A stretch of DNA of 64,000 nt from a virus. The number at the start of each line of letters is the position of its first letter. Position 1 is the stretch's first letter. Both the position numbers and the translations under genes were made by a program. The stretch covers positions 34,694 to 98,693 of IMG/VR virus record IMGVR_UViG_3300034060_000856, one strand, 5' to 3'. The notes under the pieces are model-generated. The model was not told the DNA's origin. It searched no databases and was given only the letters and a program-made list of their open reading frames with translations. Below are positions 29,595-37,446 of the stretch, piece by piece.

Positions 29595-29966
29595 ATGAAA
29601 AAACTATTTTTTATCCCTATCTGCATCGGTGTATTATTATTATCAAGTTGTGAACCGAAAGATCCCTCAATACTTAAAGTATATGTCAGAACCTCAACAA
29701 ATAGTTTGGTTGATAACGCCAGAGTGGTTGTAATCGGTGACCAACAATCAAATCCTGCGACAATGGATTTTGTGGATACGATTTACACTAATTCATCTGG
29801 TTTTGCAACATTAAATATGGATCAGTATTTTGACAAATATCGTAATGGTGATCAAAACACAACCGGATATTTTGACATTATTGTGGATAATGATATTGCT
29901 TCCGGTTCTGGTAAAGTAAGATGTAGGATTCACACAACGTCTGTTGAAACAGTTTATATACAATAG
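29595..29966 (+). CDS. lipoprotein
   Basis: MKKLFFIPICIGVLLLSSC lipobox. Confidence 0.75.
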   Translation: MKKLFFIPICIGVLLLSSCEPKDPSILKVYVRTSTNSLVDNARVVVIGDQQSNPATMDFVDTIYTNSSGFATLNMDQYFDKYRNGDQNTTGYFDIIVDNDIASGSGKVRCRIHTTSVETVYIQ

Positions 29967-29975
29967 GTTTTAAAT

Positions 29976-30081
29976 AGTCAAGTGGCGGAATTGGCAGACG
30001 CTGGGAGATAATACTCAAAACTCCCTGGGATAAGGTGAATTGCATACTTGTCCCGTGAAGGTTCGAATCCTTCTTTGACTA
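29976..30081 (+). ncRNA. tRNA-Leu-like RNA with 13-nt anticodon loop and long variable arm (element 1)
   Basis: AGTCAAG/TTTGACT-A acceptor, Leu-type D arm GGCGGAATTGGCAGACGC, GGGAG-ataataCTCAAAA-CTCCC, GAAGG-TTCGAAT-CCTTC. Confidence 0.7.
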
Positions 30082-30258
30082 CATAAAGATGATAGGATGC
30101 GTAGAACAACGGACACGGAGAGGTGTTCGCAAGGGTACACACTAAGGATAGGTCTTCAATCTAATATAACTGTATTGATGTAACAACCCGACTCTCTAAT
30201 GGTGTGTGAAGTCATTACGACGGGATTCCTGATAAAGTTGTTCATCATTTTTTTTTCA

Positions 30259-30287
30259 GCACCCGTAGCTCAGCTGGATAGAGCAAC
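30259..30287 (+). pseudogene. 5' fragment of a tRNA-Arg-like gene
   Basis: GCACCCGTAGCTCAGCTGGATAGAGCAAC, then sequence breaks off. Confidence 0.6.
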
Positions 30288-30291
30288 AAAT

Positions 30292-30363
30292 AGCTCCATA
30301 GTTAAATGGATATAACGAATCTCTTCTAAAGATTAGTTCCTAGTTCGATTCTAGGTGGGGCTA
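30292..30363 (+). tRNA. tRNA-Arg(UCU)
   Basis: AGCTCCA/TGGGGCT acceptor, AATCT-CTTCTAA-AGATT anticodon arm, CCTAG-TTCGATT-CTAGG T arm; CCA not encoded. Confidence 0.9.
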
Positions 30364-30400
30364 CAGGCAGAAGCTCAACTGAAGAAAAAATAGGGTGGTT

Positions 30401-30499
30401 AGTCAGGTGGCGGAGAGGAAACGCTAACTATGGATAGTCTGCGGAGTGGAACATAGTCCTATACTCCAATGATCACAGGTTCGAATCCTGTCCTGACTA
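30401..30499 (+). ncRNA. tRNA-like RNA, anticodon arm replaced (element 2)
   Basis: AGTCAGG/CCTGACT-A, GGCGGAGAGGAAACGC, ACAGG-TTCGAAT-CCTGT; no canonical 7-nt anticodon loop. Confidence 0.7.
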
Positions 30500-30514
30500 C
30501 TAAAAATAAAAATT

Positions 30515-30706
30515 ATGGAATTAATATTGTATGGAATTATTGGATGTTTGATGGGTAGTTTAATTGTGTTAATTACACTAAACCTATTTAAGTCAAAACC
30601 CTCAATTGACTATCAGGAGTTAATTAAACGATCTGAAGAACGATTAGATAAGTCAAAAAAGTATGGTGAAGAGTTAGACAGAATGTTAGAAGAAATGAAA
30701 AAATAG
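30515..30706 (+). CDS. small membrane-anchored protein between tRNA-like elements
   Basis: N-terminal TM helix plus coiled coil; TAG stop overlaps element 3. Confidence 0.6.
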   Translation: MELILYGIIGCLMGSLIVLITLNLFKSKPSIDYQELIKRSEERLDKSKKYGEELDRMLEEMKK

Positions 30707-30830
30707 TCAGGTGGCGGAATGGTAGACGCTATGAATAAAGGTTAATAGTAAAGATGACGCAGAGTAACCTTGAAAGACCCATAAGTGAAGCTCATAAGTT
30801 ATCGTATAGGTTCGAATCCTGTCCTGACTA
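30705..30830 (+). ncRNA. tRNA-like RNA with ~55-nt insert in the anticodon loop (element 3)
   Basis: AGTCAGG/CCTGACT-A, GGCGGAATGGTAGACGC, TATGA...TCATA enclosing aaggtta/taacctt hairpin, T arm. Confidence 0.7.
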
Positions 30831-30845
30831 CTAAAATAAAACAAT

Positions 30846-30941
30846 ATGGAAAATAGAAATAAAGAAGCGATTAGAGAAGCAGTGATCGGAGTGTTATTAT
30901 GTTCTGCTTTGGTTTATATATTTTATTTAATCCTTAATTAA
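30846..30941 (+). CDS. 31-aa membrane peptide between tRNA-like elements
   Basis: MENRNKEAIREAVIGVLLCSALVYIFYLILN. Confidence 0.5.
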   Translation: MENRNKEAIREAVIGVLLCSALVYIFYLILN

Positions 30942-30953
30942 CAAATAATATAT

Positions 30954-31028
30954 AGTCAGGTGGTGTAATTGGTAGCACAACTCCGTAATAGGGAGGAGGT
31001 TATACAGGTTCGAGTCCTGTCCTGACTA
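30954..31028 (+). ncRNA. tRNA-like RNA, near-canonical length, possible AAU anticodon (element 4)
   Basis: Same acceptor/T arms as elements 2-3; GTGT/GCAC D stem; CTCC-GTAATAG-GGAG. Confidence 0.6.
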
Positions 31029-31361
31029 CAACCGGTTACTTGATTCCTGGTAGTAGAGTAACAACCGTTGGAGAATTCGGGATATCTCGTGAATGGTGGT
31101 GTAAGGTGAGAAGAACTTACGATGGTGGAGTACCAAAAACAAAAGAAACGAGACATGTGGGTGATCATATGTTGGTGCAAATCTCCACCTTTTTTAAAAT
31201 TAAAAAAAAATATTATGACACCACTATTGTTATTATTCTTTATATTGTTTATATTTGTAATAAGAAAAAGACGATAAACTTCAGTTCCCATACAGCGGTG
31301 AGATGGGCTAAGTTATATACAATTCCTCGGTGCTGGGAGTAGAAGGCTGAAGAGTCGTTTT

Positions 31362-31444
31362 TGTCAGGAGTGTAAAAAGCATCGGTGCCGAATCCTTCCG
31401 TTGAGGAAGGTTGCTCATTGTGGGTTCGAATCCCACCCTGACAA
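31362..31444 (+). ncRNA. tRNA-like RNA with degenerate D/anticodon arms (element 5)
   Basis: TGTCAGG/CCTGACA-A, CCTTCC-GTTGA-GGAAGG, GTGGG-TTCGAAT-CCCAC. Confidence 0.6.
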
Positions 31445-31460
31445 CTAAAAATTAAAAAAT

Positions 31461-31576
31461 AGTATGGTAGCTTAACTGGTAAAGTGTTTGGTGAGTAGTA
31501 AAAGGTAGGGAGTCGCGACCCAATAATATACAATAAGTCTTGTCAAAAGTTATGGGTTCGGATCCCATCCAAACTA
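31461..31576 (+). ncRNA. tRNA-like RNA with ~43-nt anticodon-loop insert (element 6)
   Basis: AGTATGG/CCAAACT-A, GCTT-AACTGGTA-AAGT D arm, TTTGGTGAG...CTTGTCAAA, ATGGG-TTCGGAT-CCCAT. Confidence 0.6.
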
Positions 31577-31590
31577 CAAAAATTAAAATT

Positions 31591-32277
31591 ATGGAAAAAA
31601 AAGAAATTTCAATATTAATACCAACAATAAATAATTTGGAATATATTCAAATTACGCTAGATTCAATTATAAAGTCGTGTGAAGGATTTGATTATGAAAT
31701 TTTAATTGGGATCGATTCTTGTCAAGAAACACTACAGTTTTTTAGGTCAAATAAACAAAATGATAATGTAAAAACATTTTTTTCGGAAAAAAATGTTGGT
31801 GCTTATGTGATTAGAAATTCATTAGTATTAAAATCAACAAAAAAAAATATTTTATTTTTTGATTCTGATGATATTATGGGTGAAAAAATGATTGAGACCG
31901 TCTTATCTGAATTAAAAGATGATAATTTTATTAGGTCAAAACATTTAAGATTTTATGATGACGGAACAAAAAGTGTGAATATTTCCCATTGTCAAATTTG
32001 TTTACGTAAAGAAGTTTTTTTAAAACTAAATGGTTTTGAACCTTGGCCAATTACGGCAGACACAGATCTGATAAAAAGATTAGAATATAATAAATTTAAA
32101 CCGGTTGAGTCAACGGAGGTTCTTTTTAATAAAAGAATACATAAAAATTCTTTAACACAACAAAAAAATACTGGATTTGGGTCTCCACTTAGGAATATGT
32201 ATGCAAACCTAATCAAAAAAAGATCTGGAAAAGTTTCACCAAAAATTTTAACAACAACAGACTTAATTGAATTATGA
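31591..32277 (+). CDS. GT2-family glycosyltransferase (paralog of 26289..27260)
   Basis: ILIPTIN, IGIDSC, FFDSDD, GFEPWPITADTD; start moved to 31591 because the upstream part lies in element 6. Confidence 0.85.
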   Translation: MEKKEISILIPTINNLEYIQITLDSIIKSCEGFDYEILIGIDSCQETLQFFRSNKQNDNVKTFFSEKNVGAYVIRNSLVLKSTKKNILFFDSDDIMGEKMIETVLSELKDDNFIRSKHLRFYDDGTKSVNISHCQICLRKEVFLKLNGFEPWPITADTDLIKRLEYNKFKPVESTEVLFNKRIHKNSLTQQKNTGFGSPLRNMYANLIKKRSGKVSPKILTTTDLIEL

Positions 32278-32467
32278 TACCAATATTGTTTATTATCTTT
32301 ATTTTATTTACCTTTACGGTAAGAGAAAAAGATAGGTTTTCTCATTGTGATTAATCCGGTAATGAATACCTAAAAAAACCTCAAGAAATTTCTTAAAATT
32401 AAAGAAGACTAATTTTTATTGTTTTTAGATATTTATTGTTATAAAATAAACATTAAAAACAATTTAA

Positions 32468-32635
32468 ATGAAATTTTCAAAAGAACGAATCCTTGGTATT
32501 ATTAGACACACATTAACGTTTGTAGGTGGTATTATGGTAATGAAAGGTCTTGTTGATGAAACAACTGTGACTGAAATTATTGGTGGTGTTATTACACTTA
32601 CTGGTACTATCTGGTCTGTAATTGACAAAAAGTAA
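32468..32635 (+). CDS. small two-TM holin-like protein (55 aa, absent from ORF track)
   Basis: MKFSKERILGIIRHTLTFVGG...IGGVITLTGTIWSVIDKK; TATTTAT upstream, terminator downstream. Confidence 0.65.
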   Translation: MKFSKERILGIIRHTLTFVGGIMVMKGLVDETTVTEIIGGVITLTGTIWSVIDKK

Positions 32636-32653
32636 ATTTTAATCATTTTTACT

Positions 32654-32682
32654 AAAACCCCATCTTTTAGGTGGGGTTTTTT
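32654..32682 (+). terminator. intrinsic terminator
   Basis: aaaaccccatct-ttt-aggtggggtttttt. Confidence 0.75.
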
Positions 32683-32712
32683 ATTTTATCTAATATTTAT
32701 ATATAAAAAATT

Positions 32713-33492
32713 ATGAAAAGACTCATAACTGAAGACGAAGAAAAAAATATAAAACAAATGCATTCTATGGATGAAGGGATGTTGTCTGATCTTATTGATA
32801 AGGTTAAATCTTCTGATACCGTACAAAATATAAAAAAGAAATTTGAAGATTTATTTGGTGTTAAACTAGGTGATGACGATAAAGAAGATACTGATGATGG
32901 TGGTGAATATACTGGTAGTGTTGAGTATACTGGTGGTGGTATGGATTCAGACCAAAAGAAAAATATGGGTCTTATTTTAAAAGCGTTAGAAAGTGCTGGA
33001 GTGACGGATCCTAAATCACAAATTGGTATTTTATCTGTTATAAAAAAAGAAAGTAATTTTAAATTGGGAGATGAAATTGGATACTGCAGTACTTCTGATT
33101 CCAGAATTGAGTCTATTTTTGGTGCTAGAGGTAAGAAATGTAAATCAATGAAATGTAACGATAAAGAATTTTTTGATTGTTTATATGGTTATAAATCTGG
33201 TGTGAATTTAGGTAATACCGAACCCGGTGATGGTTATAAGTATTTGGGTAGAGGTTTTCACGGTTTAACCGGTAAGGCAAACTACAAAAAATATGGTATT
33301 TCTGATCCGGAATCATTAAATGACGACCCAAAAGTTGCGGCTAAAGAAGTTGCGGATTTTTTCAAACCACACGTAAAAGATTTTGATAGTGTTGAGGACG
33401 CTGTTACGGAAATGAATAGAATTAATTCCGGAGGATCACAATTTGGACTTTCTAAAGCGCTTGAAGCCTCAAGTGGTTTTAATGTCAAATAA
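32713..33492 (+). CDS. GH19/chitinase-like lysozyme-fold hydrolase with leader
   Basis: KESNF, LGNTEPGDGYKYLGRGFHGLTGKANY, INSGG. Confidence 0.8.
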   Translation: MKRLITEDEEKNIKQMHSMDEGMLSDLIDKVKSSDTVQNIKKKFEDLFGVKLGDDDKEDTDDGGEYTGSVEYTGGGMDSDQKKNMGLILKALESAGVTDPKSQIGILSVIKKESNFKLGDEIGYCSTSDSRIESIFGARGKKCKSMKCNDKEFFDCLYGYKSGVNLGNTEPGDGYKYLGRGFHGLTGKANYKKYGISDPESLNDDPKVAAKEVADFFKPHVKDFDSVEDAVTEMNRINSGGSQFGLSKALEASSGFNVK

Positions 33493-33529
33493 TTTTTGGT
33501 AATTTAAAAATAATTTATATCTTTGTGGT

Positions 33530-34012
33530 ATGAATATATTTTTTCTAGATTTTGACACAAAAAAATGCGCTGAGTATCATTGTGATAAACACGTTGTAAA
33601 AATGATACTAGAGACGGCCCAGTTACTCTGTGGTACTCATTGGGTTATTGGTTCAGAAGCACCATACAAGTTATCACACAAAAACCACCCTTGTGCCATT
33701 TGGGTAAGAGAATCTTTATCTAATTATCTTTATTTATGTGATCTAGGTTTAGAGTTATGTAAGGAATATACTTACCGGTATGGAAAAAGACATAAATCCC
33801 AGGATATAATAGAGTGGTGTATAATTAACAAACCAAACATTCACGATAAATTATTTACAGAGCCACCTAGGGCGATGCCTGATGAATATAAAGTTGTTAG
33901 TGTTACTGAATCTTACCGCAATTACTATGTTGGTGCTAAATCTAATTTCACAACCTGGAAAAATAGATCAATTCCAGATTGGTTCGTTTATCAAGGTACA
34001 ACTGTAATATAA
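33530..34012 (+). CDS. pyrimidine-dimer DNA glycosylase (endonuclease V-like) family protein
   Basis: MNIFFLD...[17 protein letters not shown]...HKNHPC.IW...[10 protein letters not shown]; host-type promoter upstream. Confidence 0.75.
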   Translation: MNIFFLDFDTKKCAEYHCDKHVVKMILETAQLLCGTHWVIGSEAPYKLSHKNHPCAIWVRESLSNYLYLCDLGLELCKEYTYRYGKRHKSQDIIEWCIINKPNIHDKLFTEPPRAMPDEYKVVSVTESYRNYYVGAKSNFTTWKNRSIPDWFVYQGTTVI

Positions 34013-35661
34013 TCTTTAAACTCATAGAACAAATACCCATTTGTTGGTTGACCCATTTGTCCATTATTTGACCTAATTGAAATACTATATGTACCAGGTG
34101 TGTTATATTGAACGGTAACTGGTCTGTAATTTTGTATTTGATTTATTGGGACTTGTACAGTACCTCCACCACACGAAGATGGTTTAGAATATGTGAATGT
34201 TGCAGTACTAATCGCATTTAAAACGTCTAGACCGACTTCAGCCCAGTCACCAGTTGGGAAACTGTAGAAATTTAATAAACTAAAGTTTGGGGCTGATGTG
34301 TTAAATGTATTTGTCGGTACTTGTACTGGGTTATTAACATACTGACCACCCTCAAAGTAAATTCGGTTTTTTGCAAATACACCATTAGTAACAGGAAAAC
34401 CTTGTGTCCAATTTGGTAATACTGTGATATTACTACCAACAGTTATTATTTGTGGTTGAATTGGTGACCCACTTAAACAAGTAAGCTCTGAATTTGTTTT
34501 TAAATCCAATAAAGAGTTTGGTCCTATTTTCCTAGGTTGGTTATCTGGACAAGAAACATTTGCACCCCAAACTGATTTATTATATAAAACACCATCAAAA
34601 CCAGTAAATGGTGACGGTGTCCTTACTGTTACATATGCAAATGTAGGTGTTGCAGCACTTTTATAAAAAGTCCAAAGCTTATATGAATCAATATTATTAA
34701 ATGTTGGTGAACCCTCAAAATTCGGAATACCCAAACATTGTGGATCATTTTCAACATAACTATCGAATGGACTTTGACACGGACTATTAAGAATTGTTTG
34801 GTTATTCCAAATTAATGTCATTGTGTCTGGACTTATCTGATAATTAAAACCTACTTGAACATTACCAATAGCGGTACCTAAATTTATTTGGTATGTCCTT
34901 GTTGCTGGAGCACTAACATTTGAGCTTGCTGTTAATCCGAAATTAGTACCACATCCTATGATTTGGATATTAGGTGAAGGTGTTGGTGTTGGTGGTGGAT
35001 TAAACGTTGATGTTGGTGTTGGTGATATTTTTGGTACTGGTATAAACTGTATTGTCTGTGTTGGTGTTGGTGTTGGCGTTTTTGTTGGTGTTGGTGTTGG
35101 TGTTGGTGTTCTTGTAACAGTTGGTGTTGGTGTTGGTGTTGGCGTAAAACCAATTGTGGGTGTTACAGTAGGTGTAGGAGTAGGAGATGGTGGCGGACAA
35201 AAACAATCAATACCACCATAAGTAATTACTGAAAAAGTTATTGGTGCGTTACTTGCATCTACATAAGTTTCAATACTATTATTTCTAATACAACCAGACA
35301 ATGTATATGTTTGACCACCCTCAACAAATTGTGTAAAAATATTGCCACAACAATCTTTCCACTGCATAAATCCTTTATCTTTAGGTATAACTGTTGCACC
35401 AACCTTACAATCATATATACAGTCTAAATAACTAGATATTTGTTCATTAGTAAAGTTTCCATAAGCTGATAGACAATTTCTAATTAAATTATAGTCTGTT
35501 GAACTATTCAAAATAGTAGCGCAACCTATTAATAAAGTTGGGTTAGTAATTCCTAGTGTTGTGTTTAAACAGTTTACAACATTGACTGGTATTCCAGTTG
35601 GCCCAACCGTTAAGGTTGATGTATAAGCTGAAAGAATTGATTGTATATTAATAGTTGGCAT
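33991..35661 (-). CDS. Cys-rich protein with PT-repeat linker (virion fibre/decoration-like), paralog A
   Basis: Long (PT)n tract; C-terminal [13 protein letters not shown]-like strand. Confidence 0.7.
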   Translation of the reverse strand: MPTINIQSILSAYTSTLTVGPTGIPVNVVNCLNTTLGITNPTLLIGCATILNSSTDYNLIRNCLSAYGNFTNEQISSYLDCIYDCKVGATVIPKDKGFMQWKDCCGNIFTQFVEGGQTYTLSGCIRNNSIETYVDASNAPITFSVITYGGIDCFCPPPSPTPTPTVTPTIGFTPTPTPTPTVTRTPTPTPTPTKTPTPTPTQTIQFIPVPKISPTPTSTFNPPPTPTPSPNIQIIGCGTNFGLTASSNVSAPATRTYQINLGTAIGNVQVGFNYQISPDTMTLIWNNQTILNSPCQSPFDSYVENDPQCLGIPNFEGSPTFNNIDSYKLWTFYKSAATPTFAYVTVRTPSPFTGFDGVLYNKSVWGANVSCPDNQPRKIGPNSLLDLKTNSELTCLSGSPIQPQIITVGSNITVLPNWTQGFPVTNGVFAKNRIYFEGGQYVNNPVQVPTNTFNTSAPNFSLLNFYSFPTGDWAEVGLDVLNAISTATFTYSKPSSCGGGTVQVPINQIQNYRPVTVQYNTPGTYSISIRSNNGQMGQPTNGYLFYEFKDYITVVP

Positions 35662-35676
35662 ATTTTTATTTTTTTA

Positions 35677-37365
35677 CTAAACAACGGTTATATGATTTTT
35701 AAATCTGTACCAATAACAAGGTAATGAACCACTTTGTGTGTGAGTTTTTACCGTAATATCATATGTTCCTGGTGTGTTATAAACAACACTAAAAGGTTTT
35801 AAAGTATGTAGTACTTGTGGGATAATACTAAACGTTTGTCCAGAACTTGGTCCACATTCAACAAGATAAGGCCAAGGACCTTGTGATGTGTTAGTACCAA
35901 ATTTGAATTGAGTACCAAAAAAAGTTAAATCTGGTAAAGCTGTGGAATAGTAATAACTAACTTGTGGATACCAAGTATTTTGCCAGTTTGGTGAAAATGG
36001 TATTGTGGAAACTGACACAGGATTTGGAGCAGGAAACCCACCTTCAGTCCAAACTGTATGAATTATACCACCAACACTATTACTCCCAGTAGGTGGGATT
36101 TCCCAAGATGGTAAAATTGTTAATACTGTATTGGCAGGTATTGTAATTGGTGTTAATGTATCACCAGTTAAACAATTATATTGATCTGGGGTTTGAAGTC
36201 TTTTTAAAGATGTTGAATTAATAGGTGCACTAGGTCTACCGTCTGGACAAGTAAGTGACACACTATATATTGATTCTATACAAGTATCACCTGCGTGTTG
36301 AGAGGGTGTTCTCATTACAAGGTATGCAAATGTCGGTGAAGCGGTTGGTTTATGAAACGAGGCTTTTAGACCACAGTTTCCAGTTTCTATATCACCACTT
36401 AAATATGGGGCGTTCCAAGGAGCTAATTGTTCACCGGTATTACATTGTGGGTCAGCATAACAAAAAGCGTAATAATTCCCATTACAACCAGTCTCAATTA
36501 CAGTTTGCCCATCATATATCACGGTCGCCCTATCACTACAGGAAATAACGTCTAATGTCAATGATACATTACCAATTTGTGTTCCTAAATTCACTTTATA
36601 TATAAAAGTTTGTGGCCCAATAATCGTCTGTTGAAGTGTTGGCCCAACTGATGTTTCACAACCAATTGTTGGTATGTTTGGTGAAGGTGTTGGTGTTGGT
36701 GGTGGATTAAACGTTGATGTTGGTGTTGGTGATATTTTTGGTACTGGTATAAACTGTATTGTCTGTGTTGGTGTTGGTGTAATTGTCTGTGTTGGTGTAA
36801 TTGTTGGTGTTGGTGTTCTTGTTGGCGTTACGGTTGCCGTTGGTGTTGGTGTAAAACCAATTGTAGGTGTAACAGTAGGTGTAGGGGTTGGTGACGGTGG
36901 AGGACAATCACAATTAACACCACCATATGTTATTGAGGAGAAGCTTATCGCTTGGTTGTTGTTATTAACATAAGACTGTATTGAGTTTGTTTTAACACAA
37001 CCAGTTATTACGTAAGTTTCATTATTAATAAATTGAATATTTGTATTATTACAACAATCCTTCCATTGAAAAAGTCCTTTATCTAAAGAAGATACTGTTG
37101 CACCAACCCTACAGTTACTTATACAATCAATTAAAGCTTGAATTTGTGCGTCAGAAAAAGTACCATATTGTGATAAACAATTTCTTATGTATGTATAATC
37201 GGCTGATGATGCCATTCCCCAAATACAACCTAAAGGTAGTGTAACGTTTTGGATACCTAAAACCGAAGTTATACAGTTTTTAACTTGTTGTGTTGGTTTG
37301 AACGCTTGGGCGTATTTTGATTCAGAGTATCCAGAAAGAATTGATTGTACGTTAATAATTGGCAT
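35677..37365 (-). CDS. Cys-rich protein with PT-repeat linker, paralog B
   Basis: Same architecture as paralog A; TATTTAT upstream on minus strand. Confidence 0.7.
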   Translation of the reverse strand: MPIINVQSILSGYSESKYAQAFKPTQQVKNCITSVLGIQNVTLPLGCIWGMASSADYTYIRNCLSQYGTFSDAQIQALIDCISNCRVGATVSSLDKGLFQWKDCCNNTNIQFINNETYVITGCVKTNSIQSYVNNNNQAISFSSITYGGVNCDCPPPSPTPTPTVTPTIGFTPTPTATVTPTRTPTPTITPTQTITPTPTQTIQFIPVPKISPTPTSTFNPPPTPTPSPNIPTIGCETSVGPTLQQTIIGPQTFIYKVNLGTQIGNVSLTLDVISCSDRATVIYDGQTVIETGCNGNYYAFCYADPQCNTGEQLAPWNAPYLSGDIETGNCGLKASFHKPTASPTFAYLVMRTPSQHAGDTCIESIYSVSLTCPDGRPSAPINSTSLKRLQTPDQYNCLTGDTLTPITIPANTVLTILPSWEIPPTGSNSVGGIIHTVWTEGGFPAPNPVSVSTIPFSPNWQNTWYPQVSYYYSTALPDLTFFGTQFKFGTNTSQGPWPYLVECGPSSGQTFSIIPQVLHTLKPFSVVYNTPGTYDITVKTHTQSGSLPCYWYRFKNHITVV

Positions 37366-37446
37366 TTTTTATTAAAATTTATGTTTATACCAATAAATAT
37401 ATAATTTATCTTATTATTTGATATTTATTAATAAAAAACAAAAAAT

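Noticed and set aside
30956-31533. ORFs 30956..31291(-), 31040..31342(+), 31249..31533(-)
   Set aside because: They overlap tRNA-like and structured RNA elements and have atypical composition; probably spurious.
32464-32646. Minus-strand ORFs 32464..32646 and 40870..41082
   Set aside because: The plus-strand holin-like and lipoprotein ORFs fit promoter/terminator context and protein features better.
34956-36973. GV-, HQ- and TN-repeat ORFs in alternative frames
   Set aside because: Shadow frames of the PT-repeat linkers.
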